Source: Salisapilia sapeloensis CBS 127946 (lineage: Eukaryota > Protista > Oomycota). Taken from it: a stretch of 64,000 nucleotides of DNA. Below, piece after piece: positions 45,521 through 59,000 of this stretch. Every line of letters starts with the position of its first letter. Within the stretch, counting starts at the first letter, position 1. Location: positions 1 to 64,000 of the forward strand of contig JAADVB010000001.1 in the NCBI GenBank assembly GCA_023334545.1, read 5' to 3'. Both the position numbers and the translations under genes were made by a program. The notes under the pieces were generated by a model. That model made no database searches. It saw nothing but the letters and a program-made list of their open reading frames with translations, and was not told where the DNA came from.

Positions 45521-46984
45521 ATGGCCAAGGGGAACGATGGCAAGAAGCACAGTGCTATGCTGCGACTGCATGGATGTACACATTTCCGACAGCGTCTAGT
45601 CTGCTCCACGCTTACTGGTCGTCCTGTTTGTATCGATGAAATCCGATCGGAAGAGGAGGAACCTGGACTGACCGAGTTCGAAGCCAACTTCCTACGTCTA
45701 CTCGATAAAATGACGAATGGAAGTCAAATTGAGATCAATGAGACCGGTACCAAGCTACGGTACTCTCCTGGCTTTATCATTGGTGGCAGGATCGAGCATG
45801 ACTGTGGACTCAAGAGGTAAGTCCATCGCTACCGTGCAATACGTCTCAATCGTGGTGATCGACAATTGCACAATTAGGTCTATTGGGTGGTTCCTCGAGG
45901 GAATTGCGGCACTCGCTCCTTTCGGCAAGGTATGTTTTAGTCATAGTTTAAAGCCTCTATATTGTGTCTGATTATTTCTTGCTAGAACCCATTGAGGATG
46001 GTCATGACAGGAATCACAAACGACAATATCGACATGTCCGTTGACTTTTTCAAAGCCACTACACTGCCATTGATGAAAGTATGCCATCTATTCTCTCTCG
46101 ATTAAAGTTAAATCTATGCTCACTAACCGTCAATCTACTCAGCACTTTGGCATCGATGAAGGGCTAGAATTTAAAATCAAGAAGCGTGGTGCACCTCCAA
46201 ATGGCGGTGGCGAGGTATGCCTTCTTGCTGTGCATCTACGTGCGTTCTACAATAATAACTAAAATATCTGAACTAGATCCTCTTTAACTGTCCGCTCGTG
46301 CGCCAACTTCGATCCATTCATCTCGTGGAAGAAGGCTTTATCAAGCGAATTCGGTAAATACTTCCGACTAATGTATTAGCACCAGCACCTCATCATTCTT
46401 TTATCACAGAGGAGTGGCCTACTCAACGCGTGTGTCTCCGCAAACATCAAATCGTATCGTCGAGACGAGTCGTGGGCTGTTCAACAACCTCTTACCCGAC
46501 GTCTACATCTTTTCCGACCATTACAAGGGAGCCGAGTCTGGCCAATCTCCAGGGTTTGCTCTGTCTGTAGTAGCGGAGACAACTACAGGCGTTTTCCTCG
46601 GAGCAGAGGCAGCTGCAACTGGTGGTGAGCGCCCCGAGGATGTTGCTTCACTCGCGTCACACTTGCTCTGTGAAGAAATTAGTCGAGGTGGCTGCATTGA
46701 CAGCACGAACCAATCCTTGGCGCTGCTGTACATGGCGCTAACCCCCGAAGATGTGTCAAAGGTCCGTTTCGGCAAACTCACCCCGTTCACGTAAGTTGCA
46801 TCACATGCTCATTTACATTGTAAAGACGAATGCTGACATGTATATAAACAGCATCCAGTCCCTGCGTCATATTCGCGACTTCTTCGGCGTCACGTTTAAA
46901 ATCAAAGCAGACCCGGACACCAAGACAGTCTTCTTGTCGTGCCTTGGAACAGGATTCAAGAATCTGTCCAAGAAGGTTACATAG
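45521..46984 (+). CDS. RCL1: RNA 3'-terminal phosphate cyclase-like protein (pre-18S processing)
   Basis: FRQRLVCSTLTGRPV, EPGLTEFEANFLRLL, KKRGAPPNGGGE, GVAYSTRVSP and LRHIRDFFGVTF motifs, assembled across about 6 short introns. Confidence 0.93.
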
Positions 46985-47047
46985 AATACTAGAAACAGAG
47001 GTAGCGCGTATAGTAATAGCATATCATGTTTCTATCCCAATCTTACG

Positions 47048-50000
47048 CTACTTTCGTCGAAGCCGTGTCGCAGCAGCAGCGCCTTGTGGTCGAGTTGGAG
47101 ACGTAACCCCTTGTGCTCCTGTACCTATACGTCCAGATTCACGGAGGGATTGCTTCGCGGCAAGAAGCCATTTTCGCGCAAGAGCGATTGAAGCGGCGTT
47201 CAATTGCAACTGCTGCTTCGTCCATGCGTAGTGGCTGAGTTCTTCTTCTTCCTCATCGTCACTCACATCCACAGCCTGTCTTCTCCTACCACCCTGCCGG
47301 CCCGAAATACGATCTTGAGCTTTGCGATACCACTTTTGCAAGATCGCACGTGAAGCTGCACTAAGTCGCTCACCCTCTTCAAATGCATCATCTGCTGGCG
47401 GTGGAGCTTCTGAAACAGGAGCAAAAATGCCCTTGCTATTTTCACCTGTATTCTTTAGATGGATAATACAATTTAAGCAAAGCGTTTTGAATCGCTGGTG
47501 CTTCTGGAAGTATTCTTTCCATCCAACGACATCGAACTCTTCCGCCAAAGACTGTGCCTCGAATCTATCACCAAGGACTTCCAATGGCGTTTCCATCTCT
47601 ACCTGTAGTTGGCGACGGCTTAGACACATCTCGCATTCAGCTTTTCGTGCTTGCTGGATAATCGGCTGAACGGCTGAACGTAGACGTAACCTTCGTCGTG
47701 CTCTTGCTAGCCACATTCGAGCAATCATCCGAGATGACGAAGAAAGCGTGACAGGTCCAAAGACAGGCTTGCCATCGTCCTCTTCTTCATCGTCAGATAT
47801 TTGAGGATTTAGACTATCAAGGATTTTGGCAAACTGAGTTAGTAGATACGGCCGAGCTCGCCTTAGCGTCCGTGGTGTTAGGATGGACGGCAGCTGATCC
47901 ACAATCCAAGAGCGGTTGTACTCCAAGAACTTGTGACGGAACGTTTCGGACGTAATGCGTTGATTCATCAAGTATTCATCTTGAGATGCACCCTTTATCT
48001 TTTCCAGTTCGTCCCATCCAGGTACTCCGAATGGGTCATCATCTTCCTCTGGCGGAGAAAGCCATGCGGTATTCTCGTGCTTAATTTTCCACAAGTCGAA
48101 CCTACCTGCAAGGAAGATTGATAGCCAACGTACGAATAGAGCACAACAGACTACGTATAGGAAAAGCAATGGTGTTGCCCGGTCGCCAAACATATTATGC
48201 TCTGCGCGCGCCATAATCTCGATTGCCACAACGACGAAAAAGACACCGGTAATGTGAATGGTGCACATCATGAAGAATTGAGAAGAGAAACACATTTGGT
48301 CCAAGGTACGAAGACTCTCGTCAATACACTCATCCAGATGGACTTCAAAGCCTTTCCATCGATGCTCTCGCTGTAAGAAACGGTATCGGCAGTAAACCAG
48401 ATAATCATATATCTTCCAACCTTGGAAAAGCTCTACGACATTGAGCACGAAGATCTCTGTTACGAGATTGAACAGAAGGATGATGATAGCGTACCACAAG
48501 TAGATGTCCAAATCCTTTTCGCGGATACCATAAAAGTCTGGGAGTTTGAGCTCTTCCCGAAAGTATCGCATTAACAGAATCGGTACGACTTGGTAGAACA
48601 TTGCCAGACGATTCATGCTCATGCCTGAGTAAAAGCCAATGATCGGTTCAACAGTCTCGGCACTTTCTTCCTCTTTTTCCTCTTCCTTCTTCTCTGCCTC
48701 TACTTTCTGAGATTCCTCTTTCGCCTTTGACCTCATCACCACCTTGAACAGTTTGACGAAAGACTTCCATCCAGCTATAAATTTGTCTTTAAAGTAGCTG
48801 AAGATGGATTCAACAAAGTCTGCTATCGCTTCAAATGCTGTGTCTTGGTAGACGTTGGTAAGTAGTATAAGACCAAAATCAAGTGTGTTTCCCATCACAA
48901 AGTCCAGAAAGTCAGATGCACCAAATGTCATCAGACCACTGACTAAGCTCAGAGCTGAAACAAGAGGCGCGACCAATAATACTTCCTTAAGTTGACCTTC
49001 AATCCACCCTTCCATGTAGTTATTGAAGAACTCCAAACTAACGATAACGTAGAACATGTAGCTCGAGAATTCACTCCAGAACGAAAACTCTAGCAAAAAG
49101 GCGAGGAAGATGCCAAGGAGGATCGACATCAGTATGAACTTGGCGCGTTTCCACTGCGTTGGCCACCACGTGCTTCGATGATAGCCTTCTCGATCAGCAG
49201 TCTCGTAAATGAGCTTCTCTGAGAAAGAAATCGATTTCGGTATGAAGATCCATGCTCCTTGAAATATCAGAAACAGTCCGAGAACAAAGAAACAAAAGCC
49301 AATGCGACCTTTTCTTGTGCCCTGAACTTCGTCAGGATCTAGCTTGTCGTCAATGTAGTGCCTCTTCAGTGTGTCCAATAGCCAGTACCCTGTTTCTGGC
49401 TTCAGCTGCTCGTATTTATCACCATCGAGCAAAACGTAAAAGCACATGATGACGGCGAAAATTGGTCCGCATGCTAATACGACACCTAGTGCAGGCTGTG
49501 GTGCTATAAGAGCTAGCAAGGACCAAAATCGGAATCTCGGAGGCGATTCAAGCAGTGTGGTGATGCGCACTAAAGCCCAAAAGATAAATGCAGTCACTGC
49601 CATGCCACTTCCAAGTACAAAGAAGAGCATCACATAGACATGCTTTTTAAAGGCAAACTGGACAATTAGGTCGCGGTAACCTAGCGCATGGTAGTTGACT
49701 TTAAACTCGTAGGCTGTGTTGGTTGAGTCACGGTCATAGTCTTTATACACTAGTTGTGCCGAAATAATCCTTTTCAAGTTCTTATCTAGCTGATAGTACG
49801 ATATATCGAGCGTGATCGTTCGTGGGAAACAGAGAATGGAGCAGCCTCCGATTATTTCTTGCGCTGCGTCGTTATTTACGACCACTGGTATGAAATAGTC
49901 AACACCCATTTCATCAATCATGTCTGCATAATACGCTCCACCACGCAAGTAGTCGGCTAACGTACCAGGCTCACGAAAGAGTGAAAAGAGAACAGTGCCT

Positions 50001-53000
50001 TTCGACTGCTCAAACCATCGAGGGGCGACATCTGCAAAAGGTAGATTCTCTTCGTAATGACACTGGAGGGTTCGCAAGCACATATCTGCAATGGGATATT
50101 TACCAATATCTAACGGACCAACAGGTTGAATATCATCCTGATTTGGTAGAGGCGGATACTTGCGTCGCTCCCAATTACGCCCATACTCTCCAGTTTCCGA
50201 CGTCATAGACGGAAGCTCGCACTGATCACTCTCCAACAAGTCAAAGAGCGGGACGTACGAGTCGTACTGCATACAGTTCGACAGGAAAGGCAAGTAGGCA
50301 AGAAGCATTCGGTCGAACTCGAACTCGTACTGACCTGTCGAAGCGTCACTTGAGTGCATCTCGTGAAAGGTTTCGCGGTACTTTTGAACCATTGCATATG
50401 TTATCTCGGCCGATCCGTACGGCATGACCCAGTACGTTGCATCTGTCTTGACTTTATCACGAGCATCTTTCACAAGCGGAATGTCGTCACGTTCTTCGCT
50501 CACGTTGTGACTAAGCAGCACTCGCCCGCGCTCGAAATCTTTGTACTTTGGTGGCATGTTGAGTGGAGGCGAAGTATAGTCTTCATCTTCACGCTTATAC
50601 ACGAGCAAGTAAGAGTACTCTCGTGGTACCAGAGTTCCTTCAAATGAGACAGACCTAGAAAGCGGGCGACGATCAGCATCAATGCCTTGCGTGACATTCG
50701 TCCGTACAGGGGTCTTCGTTCGAACAACCGTACTGTTGACGAACAGCGGAGCAGAGGCTGTGTATATTCCATATAGGAGATGTACTTCGACTTTAAAAAT
50801 GACGTCTTCCAAGGCGAAGAGCGTGACGTTGAGTAAATCGTGCTTGTCAACTTTCTCCGATGCGAACCATGGTGGCATTTCGACTGGAAGTTTACACGGA
50901 GATGTTTCAATGTTTTCTCCACTTGGCTGAATCACACCTTGTGCATCACATTGCTGATATTCGCATGTACTGTTTTTCACAAAGATAGCTACTTTAAAAT
51001 GCTCGTTATACACCATTTCTGGTGGCACGTGCCGAAAGTCGAAGGATAGTGTCGCCTTCGATAGACCATTTAATGCGAACCAAGCCTTGTCATTTGGTCG
51101 AAAGCCTTCTTCTTCCGCTTTCACGGGAAGACATGTCTTTATCAAGGACCTTTCATCGTACTTTTGGTATACACTTGCTGCTACATAGCTGAAGTGTGCA
51201 AAGGTAGTTGAATAGTAGACACCGTAGTTCGATACACGGACGTGGATAACTTTCTTGAACAGAGCAGGGTTCTTACTCAAGTTTCCTACATAAGGCGGTA
51301 CTCGGCACATCACGCGAGTTGTGCTCACGTAGACACCAGGCGCTTTTTCATGGTGAGATGAAAAAGGTAACCCAAAGCTACAGACTAAGCGACCCGTGTT
51401 TTGAAAGTTCCTTCCAATTACTGTAATAAGCATGCCGCCTTCCACACTTCCGATGCTTGGACATGCACGAATAGTGTCAAGCGTGTCATTCGTCCAAAAC
51501 CCAACCGACGCTGACTGGTTGACCGGGTTAATGACGTCCACTACCTGCAGCTCTCCAGTCCGATCGGCTTCCGCCGTAGAATCTAGAACAATTTTTTCCT
51601 CTTGGAAAAAGTAGCTGAACTGTGGATAATACTGCTTTGTCGGCTGCTTGTCACAAATGGCTACAGGACGAATGCTACAGTCCACTACCTCGTCGTTTCC
51701 CGCCATAGACCATGTATTGCGAGGGCATTCAGTGTACGTGCTGCGAACACTAGCTGTCCCAAATGGACAGTATTTGCCTTCTGGACACTTGTTTCGATTC
51801 TTTTCTTGAAAAGTCGTACCTCTAGAGCATATACTGCCAGGCTCGCAGTCATTATCATACTGATCAGACATCTTTGTAGATTCACCACAGTAGTGGCCTG
51901 CAGGACAGAGGTGTTGAAATTGACTCATGCGATTCGTTCCTTCGCCACAGACGTATCCTGTTGCACACGGCACGCTCGAAGATATGGTTGCCATGGCGGA
52001 GCTGCCGCATACCCGACCTTCTGGGCAGGGTTCACATTGAGATATGTCCGTGAGACTAGTTCCCGAAGACCATGTACCCTCTGGGCAACGACGGCATGTG
52101 GTACTGTCAGCGAGTGAGCGATAGTGACCTATAGGACATATCGACGGGATGTATGTACCATAGCTAGGACATGTATGACCTGCAGGACACAGAAGGCATT
52201 TCACGGTCCCTTTCAATGGCGTATACGTTCCTGGGAAGCACATTGTAGATGCAACTAAACCAGTGGATCCAGCGAAATTGCCAACAGGAGCTTGGGTGGG
52301 AACACTAGAGCCTGGAGGACAGTAATGGCCTGGGAAACACTCGCCGGTGCCTACGACACTGCGACTTGCTTCATCACAATAGGTCCCCTCAGTGCATATT
52401 TGTGGAGATACCGCACCGTACTGATTACTTGGTATCCATTCCATGGTCGTATTCTTAGCTACACCCCCAAGGCAGAACGTTCCTTTCGGACACGGTCGAG
52501 GTCGGTATGGATCGACACTAGAGGGATCAAGCGTGCGAGTCCCTTCGGAGCATATATACCCCGCTGGACACAGCAAAACGGGAGCGGACAGACCAGTTGA
52601 TATGCAAACGAAGCCAGCAGGACATTGAATTGGCGATAGCATTGCTTTGTCTGGACAAATGTGCCCTGTTGGGCATAGTGTGCAGTTGGACGCTTGCTGG
52701 GAGGGATTAAATGTACCTGGTAAGCACTCTCTCGGACGAATATTGCCGACACCAGGACAAAATGAGCCTGCAGGACAGACAACAGCATCCGTGTCAGTTG
52801 GACAGTAATGTCCAGTTGGACACGGGCCCTCTCCTTCTGGAGATGTCGATCCTCGTGAGCAAAAGAAGCCTTCATAGCATTTCTGTGGTGTGCTAAAATT
52901 GAAAAGCTCTGATTGTTGCTGGATTGAACCGCGTTGGCAGTAATACCCTACTGGGCACGAGTAAGGACGCTCGGCCAACAATAGCGGACTATCTTCCATA

Positions 53001-56000
53001 CAAAGGCGTGAGTCGCAGTCGAATTCACTTGGAGGATGAAGCAGTCGTCGACTTCCCAGCTCTGGAGCAGATCTTTTGATCATACTCCACTCTCGAGAGG
53101 ACTCGATGAAAGAGGCCTTCTGTGTTTCATTGTCTACTGAGTATTCCGTATGAGTAATAAAGTCCGTAATTTCACCGCTCTTTGTTCCTTCCCGACAATA
53201 GTGCCCTGATGGGCATCGTTTAATCGGTTCTGGGAGGCCTTGAGTGTCACAAATCATGCCTGGAGGACACAGGAGAGGTTTATTCATGCCAAACTCTGGA
53301 CACATGTACCCGACTGGACATCTGACACAATCTGTTTGACTTGATCTCGGCTGAAAGGTACCTGGCTCACACATAGAAAAGTTTCCTGATCCATAGCTAT
53401 CACAACGTGTTGCATTCGGACACGGAGCAATATTTCCGTAAGAGCAATAACTACCAAGTGGACATTCCTGGAAGTACGTGTAGGTGAGACCACTGACAGT
53501 ATAGTCGCGATCGTTCCTACTAACTTCAAATGGTACTCTTCCACTCGTACGAGCAAAGCTCTCGAAATGGCGAGGGACTACACAAACAAGCACATTCCTT
53601 GTAAGGACAGTTGCGTGGACTTTGGTTTCTCCGAAGCGACACATCGTAGTAGTTTGGTTCAAAAAGTTACTACCACGAACAATAACTGGATTCCCTCCTG
53701 ACGTTAAGCCCATTGTAGGTGTAATAGAGTCTAAGCCGATGTCATTTACGTATGTGTATACGGCAAAGTCCTTGGATTTGTCGACGCGGTTATTTGACAC
53801 TCGCAGGTAGACTTGTCCAAGAGCTTGAGGTGGAGCAACGCAAGAAATGGTAGTGAGATCTTCCCACGTTGCTTGTGCCCATAAATCTCCAAAGTAGCAT
53901 GATAGGTCTCTTCCGTCAACAAACCCATGGCCGTGTATTGTCACGAGCGTGTCTGCATATTGAGCCGGTCCGATGGAAGGTGAAATGCCAGTTATTCGAA
54001 TCGGCGCGTCGTATTCAAAATAGAGTTGCGATCGACTTACGTCTTGTCCATCCTTCGAGATCCGAACTAAGTATTTACCAGACGACGTCATAGCTGGCGT
54101 CTCACAAGTCACCAGTGTCGAATCAATGATTCTCCCTGTACTTGTCTTGTTTCCAAAGTGGCATTCGATTTGGTTGTCTGGAATATCAAAGTCATATCCG
54201 CGGATAAGCACGGTAGTACGACCTGACATTGGACCTCGCGTTGGCGTGATCGACGCAATGTCAATTGGTGCAATGTACGTAAAGTAGACTGAATTTATCG
54301 TTGGCTTTTCATCCTCTAATGAAACTGACACCACCACCGTAGTAGTCTCATCACGTTGCTGCGGAGACAAACACAAGATTTCCGTTGAGTTTACATACTT
54401 TAGGAGAGGCATGAAGCCACTCAAACCAAAGTTACACCGAAGTCTCTCATCATTAGGAAAGTACCTACCATGAACAGTTACAATGGTACCGCCATCAGCT
54501 GGACCTAGCGTTGGCGATATACTTTCAACGTAAGCATCTGAATAAATGCGTATCTCCTCTGATGACTCTGAAAACATAGCTCCGTCGTTGGATACCTGAA
54601 CTAAAGCCACACCTGATTGTAAGCGAGGCGCACGACACAATATGCGCGTCGAGTTGATGTAGTCACCCTTCACAGTCACGTCTCCAAATTTGCAAGACAA
54701 GCCCATGAAATCCCTAAAGCCATCACCATTTACTTCGATAAGTGCACCCCCCATGGAAGACATTACGGCAGGATTGATCTCAAGTAACACGGGTAGAGGT
54801 AATCCGGCACCTTCTGCAAGCTCTGGATCGCCCACATTCTCATCCACGTGCACCAAGTTCGAAGTGTAGAGAAAATCGCATTCCGCATCTGGCAATACAT
54901 TCCCATGCGATAGAAACTGGAGTCTCATAGACCTTGCAACCGATTGAGAAGGCGATATACAATGGACAAATTCTGCGTTCTTGAGATGTAAAACCGTCAC
55001 CAACTTGTCACCAAATTTACAATGAGTGATCAGATGAAGTCTTGTTCCTGTCATCGTCACAGAAGTTCCACCTGCAATAGATCCTTGTAGGGCTGATGTC
55101 ACCGTGATGGTTGGTGAAGATTGAATTTTCACTACAGCGAAGCTGCTCGATAAGTTCTCCTCATTGTCAGATAAGAATACCTGAATAGCACCAAGTCGTA
55201 TGTCTGGCACCTCGCACTGAACCTGTTCAGAGGTAATGTAATACCCCTTTGTTGGTGTCTTATCAAACCAACACGTCAGATGACCTTGATCCATTGCATT
55301 TCGAGTAGTCAGCTCTATAATAGCTCCTTTAAATGCTGGTTGATCTTGATGTGACAATCCCACAACTTCTATCGCTGCAGTGTAGCTGTACGCCAGCGCT
55401 GTAGTTGACATGTCCAGGCCATTATTGGATGCCGTCACTTTAGCGACAGAAGGAAATGGCGATGGCGGTGGTTGGCAATTGATAACAGTTTCGCTTATCA
55501 CCTCGGAATGACTTGCTTCTGTCGACCCAAAGTAGCATTTCGTTGTATTTGCTTTGAAGTTCATGCCATGTACTCGCACCACGGTTCCACCTCTGACGCT
55601 ACCGGCTGTTGGCTGCATGCTTAGTACGTCAGGATGTGGATCAAAGGCAAAGTTTACTGCAGGAGCTGCATTGTTGCAATCTCTTCCGTTGGTAGTGACT
55701 CGTAAATGCACAATTGTAGGAGAGTACGCTGGCGCCGTGCACGTTACAGCTGAAGCGTTAAGTAGCGTTGCCATCGTCTGCTTATTTCCAAAGCAGCATC
55801 CAAGTAAGGGAGTATCGTGGAAGTTCTGCCCAATAACCGTAACTTGTGTACCTCCTAACTGCGTCCCAGAAGAAGGATGAACTGAAAACACCTCCAATGG
55901 ACCGTATACAACAAATTCAATCTTGTCGGTCGTTTGATAAACGCCATCAACCTTCGTTGTCACCTGCACAATACCAATATGCTCGAAGGGTGGTGCTACA

Positions 56001-59000
56001 CACGTGATGATGGTGTCACTAACATAAAGAGCTTTCGTACAGCTTTCAGTGTCTTTGAAAGTTCGAAAGCTAAGGCAACATTCCAATCCATCGGACGGGA
56101 CAAAATGCTCACCTATAAGTTGGAGGTTGCTCCCACCACGGGTATCTACATTCTTTGGAATGATGTCATACAGCTTAGCCGTGCGGTCGTACTCAAAATC
56201 TAATGTTTGAAGGTTTGTCGCTTGTATACCACTTAGCATCAAAGAGACCTTTGCTCTGCCAGGAACGTTGGAAGAAGGAAGGATACAGTCGCCGCCTTCA
56301 AAACTGACATCAGCGAGTGGAATCACATGATCTTCACCGTCTGGAGCCTCCACGACGCAAGACAAATCGGTACCCGGTTCGAAAGCTTTACCAATAATCC
56401 GGGTGCGTGTCCCACCAGTCAAAACACCGTGTGGAGGATTGAGCTTGCACATGGTGGGTATCTCAATGTACGTGAACTTAATACTGTCCAGCGAGAAGTC
56501 AACTCCGTTGAGAGTCACACTTATACTTATCTCTCGATTGAGTGATCGTGGCGCTATGCATTCTATCGCTGTTTCGTTAATGTACGTCGCTGGCACAATT
56601 GTTTCTTCAAAGCGACATTTTAGGCGATCTGTGTCTCTAAAGTAGTTTCCAACGATGTATACGCTTGTGCCTCCGTTCATATCTCCTAATGATGGAATGG
56701 AGCTGATCAATGATAGCTCTGAATGGTAGTCAAACACTACTGGTAGGTGGACGAAGTTTCTGTCATTCAGTGTAATAAAGACTGGCACAGAAGTCGACAC
56801 CGTCGTAACACTCACTTGGCTCAATTGCGGTGCTGACAGGGACATGCAATGAATCTCCGTATCGGAGTGTACTGTCGCAACGGAGCAATAGTCGTATGTG
56901 CCGAAACAGCATTTGGAATACTTGGACTGATAAAAGTTGGATCCATAAATGTAAAGAAGCGTACCACCTCGGACAGGGCTCAAAAGCGGCGATAAGCTTA
57001 TTGCTTCCACTGCATCTGTATAATAAAACTCAAAACCACTTTCCGTAAAGTCTACCCCGTCGTTCATCGACACTTCGAGAGAAACTGTGCCGCTTCGAGA
57101 TGAAAGAGGAGATACACAGCTAAGTGAAGTCTTCGAATGCACTAATGCACGGACAAGCGTAGTACCAAACCGACACCAAGCCATTTCATCGTAAAAGCTG
57201 TTTCCTTCAACGTAGATAGTCGCAGCTTCGTCAATAGGAGCCTTGACAGGGTTTACCAGCGTAATGATGGGATCAGGCACGTACTTAAATACAATACCTG
57301 TGGACAAAAAATCGCGCCCATTTACAGATAATTCAAGATCTGCAAGTTCCTTCGCTACACGCTCTTTGTAGGGAGGAGTCGTACACAACAGCTCAGTGGG
57401 TGATACCATATAAGCAAATATAACGTCACCCTGGGCACCAAACCTGCACCATATCTGACTTACTTGAGCAAATCCCTTCCCTCCTACTCGCACTTCCGTA
57501 TTTCCTCTATATCCACCAGACTTAGGGTGTACGCTGGTGATATCAAATGGAGCTACGACATCAATCTGTTGATCTTCAGGAAAACTAGTAAAATCTACCA
57601 AGTTATTCGAAACATCGACGAGTACGTTGTCGTTGGACGACAAATCCTTCGAAGTATAACACTTTACATGAGTAGTCGATGCCCAAATGGCTTTCGTTGT
57701 TGCCTCCGTATCGCCCGTCAGGGATACAAATCGACACGATAAGATCTCCGATGGCAAAAATCCATCACCATATACATCGAGAAGTGTTGCCATGTGCTCA
57801 AAGGTAGCTCGTGGCCATACTCTTTCAATTTTCATGTTGTTTGTAAACTGAAAACTACCCACTTTGTCACCAAAAATCCTGCGCTCGACAGATTCGACGC
57901 GCACATCCACGGTTCCTGGTGTCATTACCATGGGCGTAACGCAGCTGACTTGGTGCTCAGTATGCACAGTTGCATACTGAAGGCTACGACTCTCTCCAAA
58001 ATAGCAAACGATTGTTTCGCTCATGTCCAACACTTCCGCTTCTACAAGTACGACGGTTCCACCACGAATTGGGCCATTCGATGGAGTTACACTGTGAACA
58101 AGTAAGTTGTCCACGTACGTATAAGGCATAGGAGAAGAAATGAAGTCTTCATCATTAAAACCAATTGACACGGACACATTCCCTGCAATCGGGCTGGAGG
58201 GGATCGGACAATGAACTCGATGACTATGCTCAACTCGACCTTGACTTCTTTGATCACCAAAAGCACAAGACACTGTGTATCCTGTCGTAAAACCCTTTCC
58301 GTGGATAACAGCAATGTCATTCGCAGAGTCAATTAAGTGCTGCCTAGAGCTCCATGAAATCGTTGTAGGACCGATACTGGGCTCAATGCTGTGTATCTCA
58401 GGTAATTCTACCATTCGAATATCGATCGTGTTAGACGATAGACTTTCTCCTTGGTATGATAGTCCGACCGAGATTATTAGTGGCTGTACACCTGCTACTG
58501 TCGGCACAGAGCATTTCACTTCATCTTCAGCAATGTAGCTCGCAACAGATAGACTTTCCAATGTATTAAAGTAGCATTTCAGCCCAGATATGAGCTCAGA
58601 CTCCGCCATTTTAATGGAGATTGCTGTGTTTTTGCCCATAATAACATTTGATGGCCTTATGCTGAGCAAAATCGGAGGCGTAAAAGCTTCAAATGTGAAC
58701 CCTGTCGAATACGGACCATGTCCCTTTGCCCAAACATTTAAAGAATAGAGTCTTCTTGGAGGAGAAATACTGTCCCTGCTTTGAACATGTACGGGGCAAG
58801 ACATGAAGGAAGTTGAAATAATTGAAACCTCTCGTGGTTCCATACCATCTACCAATTGGCAGTACATTGGCAATGACGATGAAAAGTTTCTTCCCTTAAT
58901 GTGGATTAAATGATCCGTATCGTATGCTCCAGCAAGTGGCGCCGCATCTTCGAAAACAGGCAGTTGTACGAACTGGAAGTATGTACCAACATCGTCTTTT

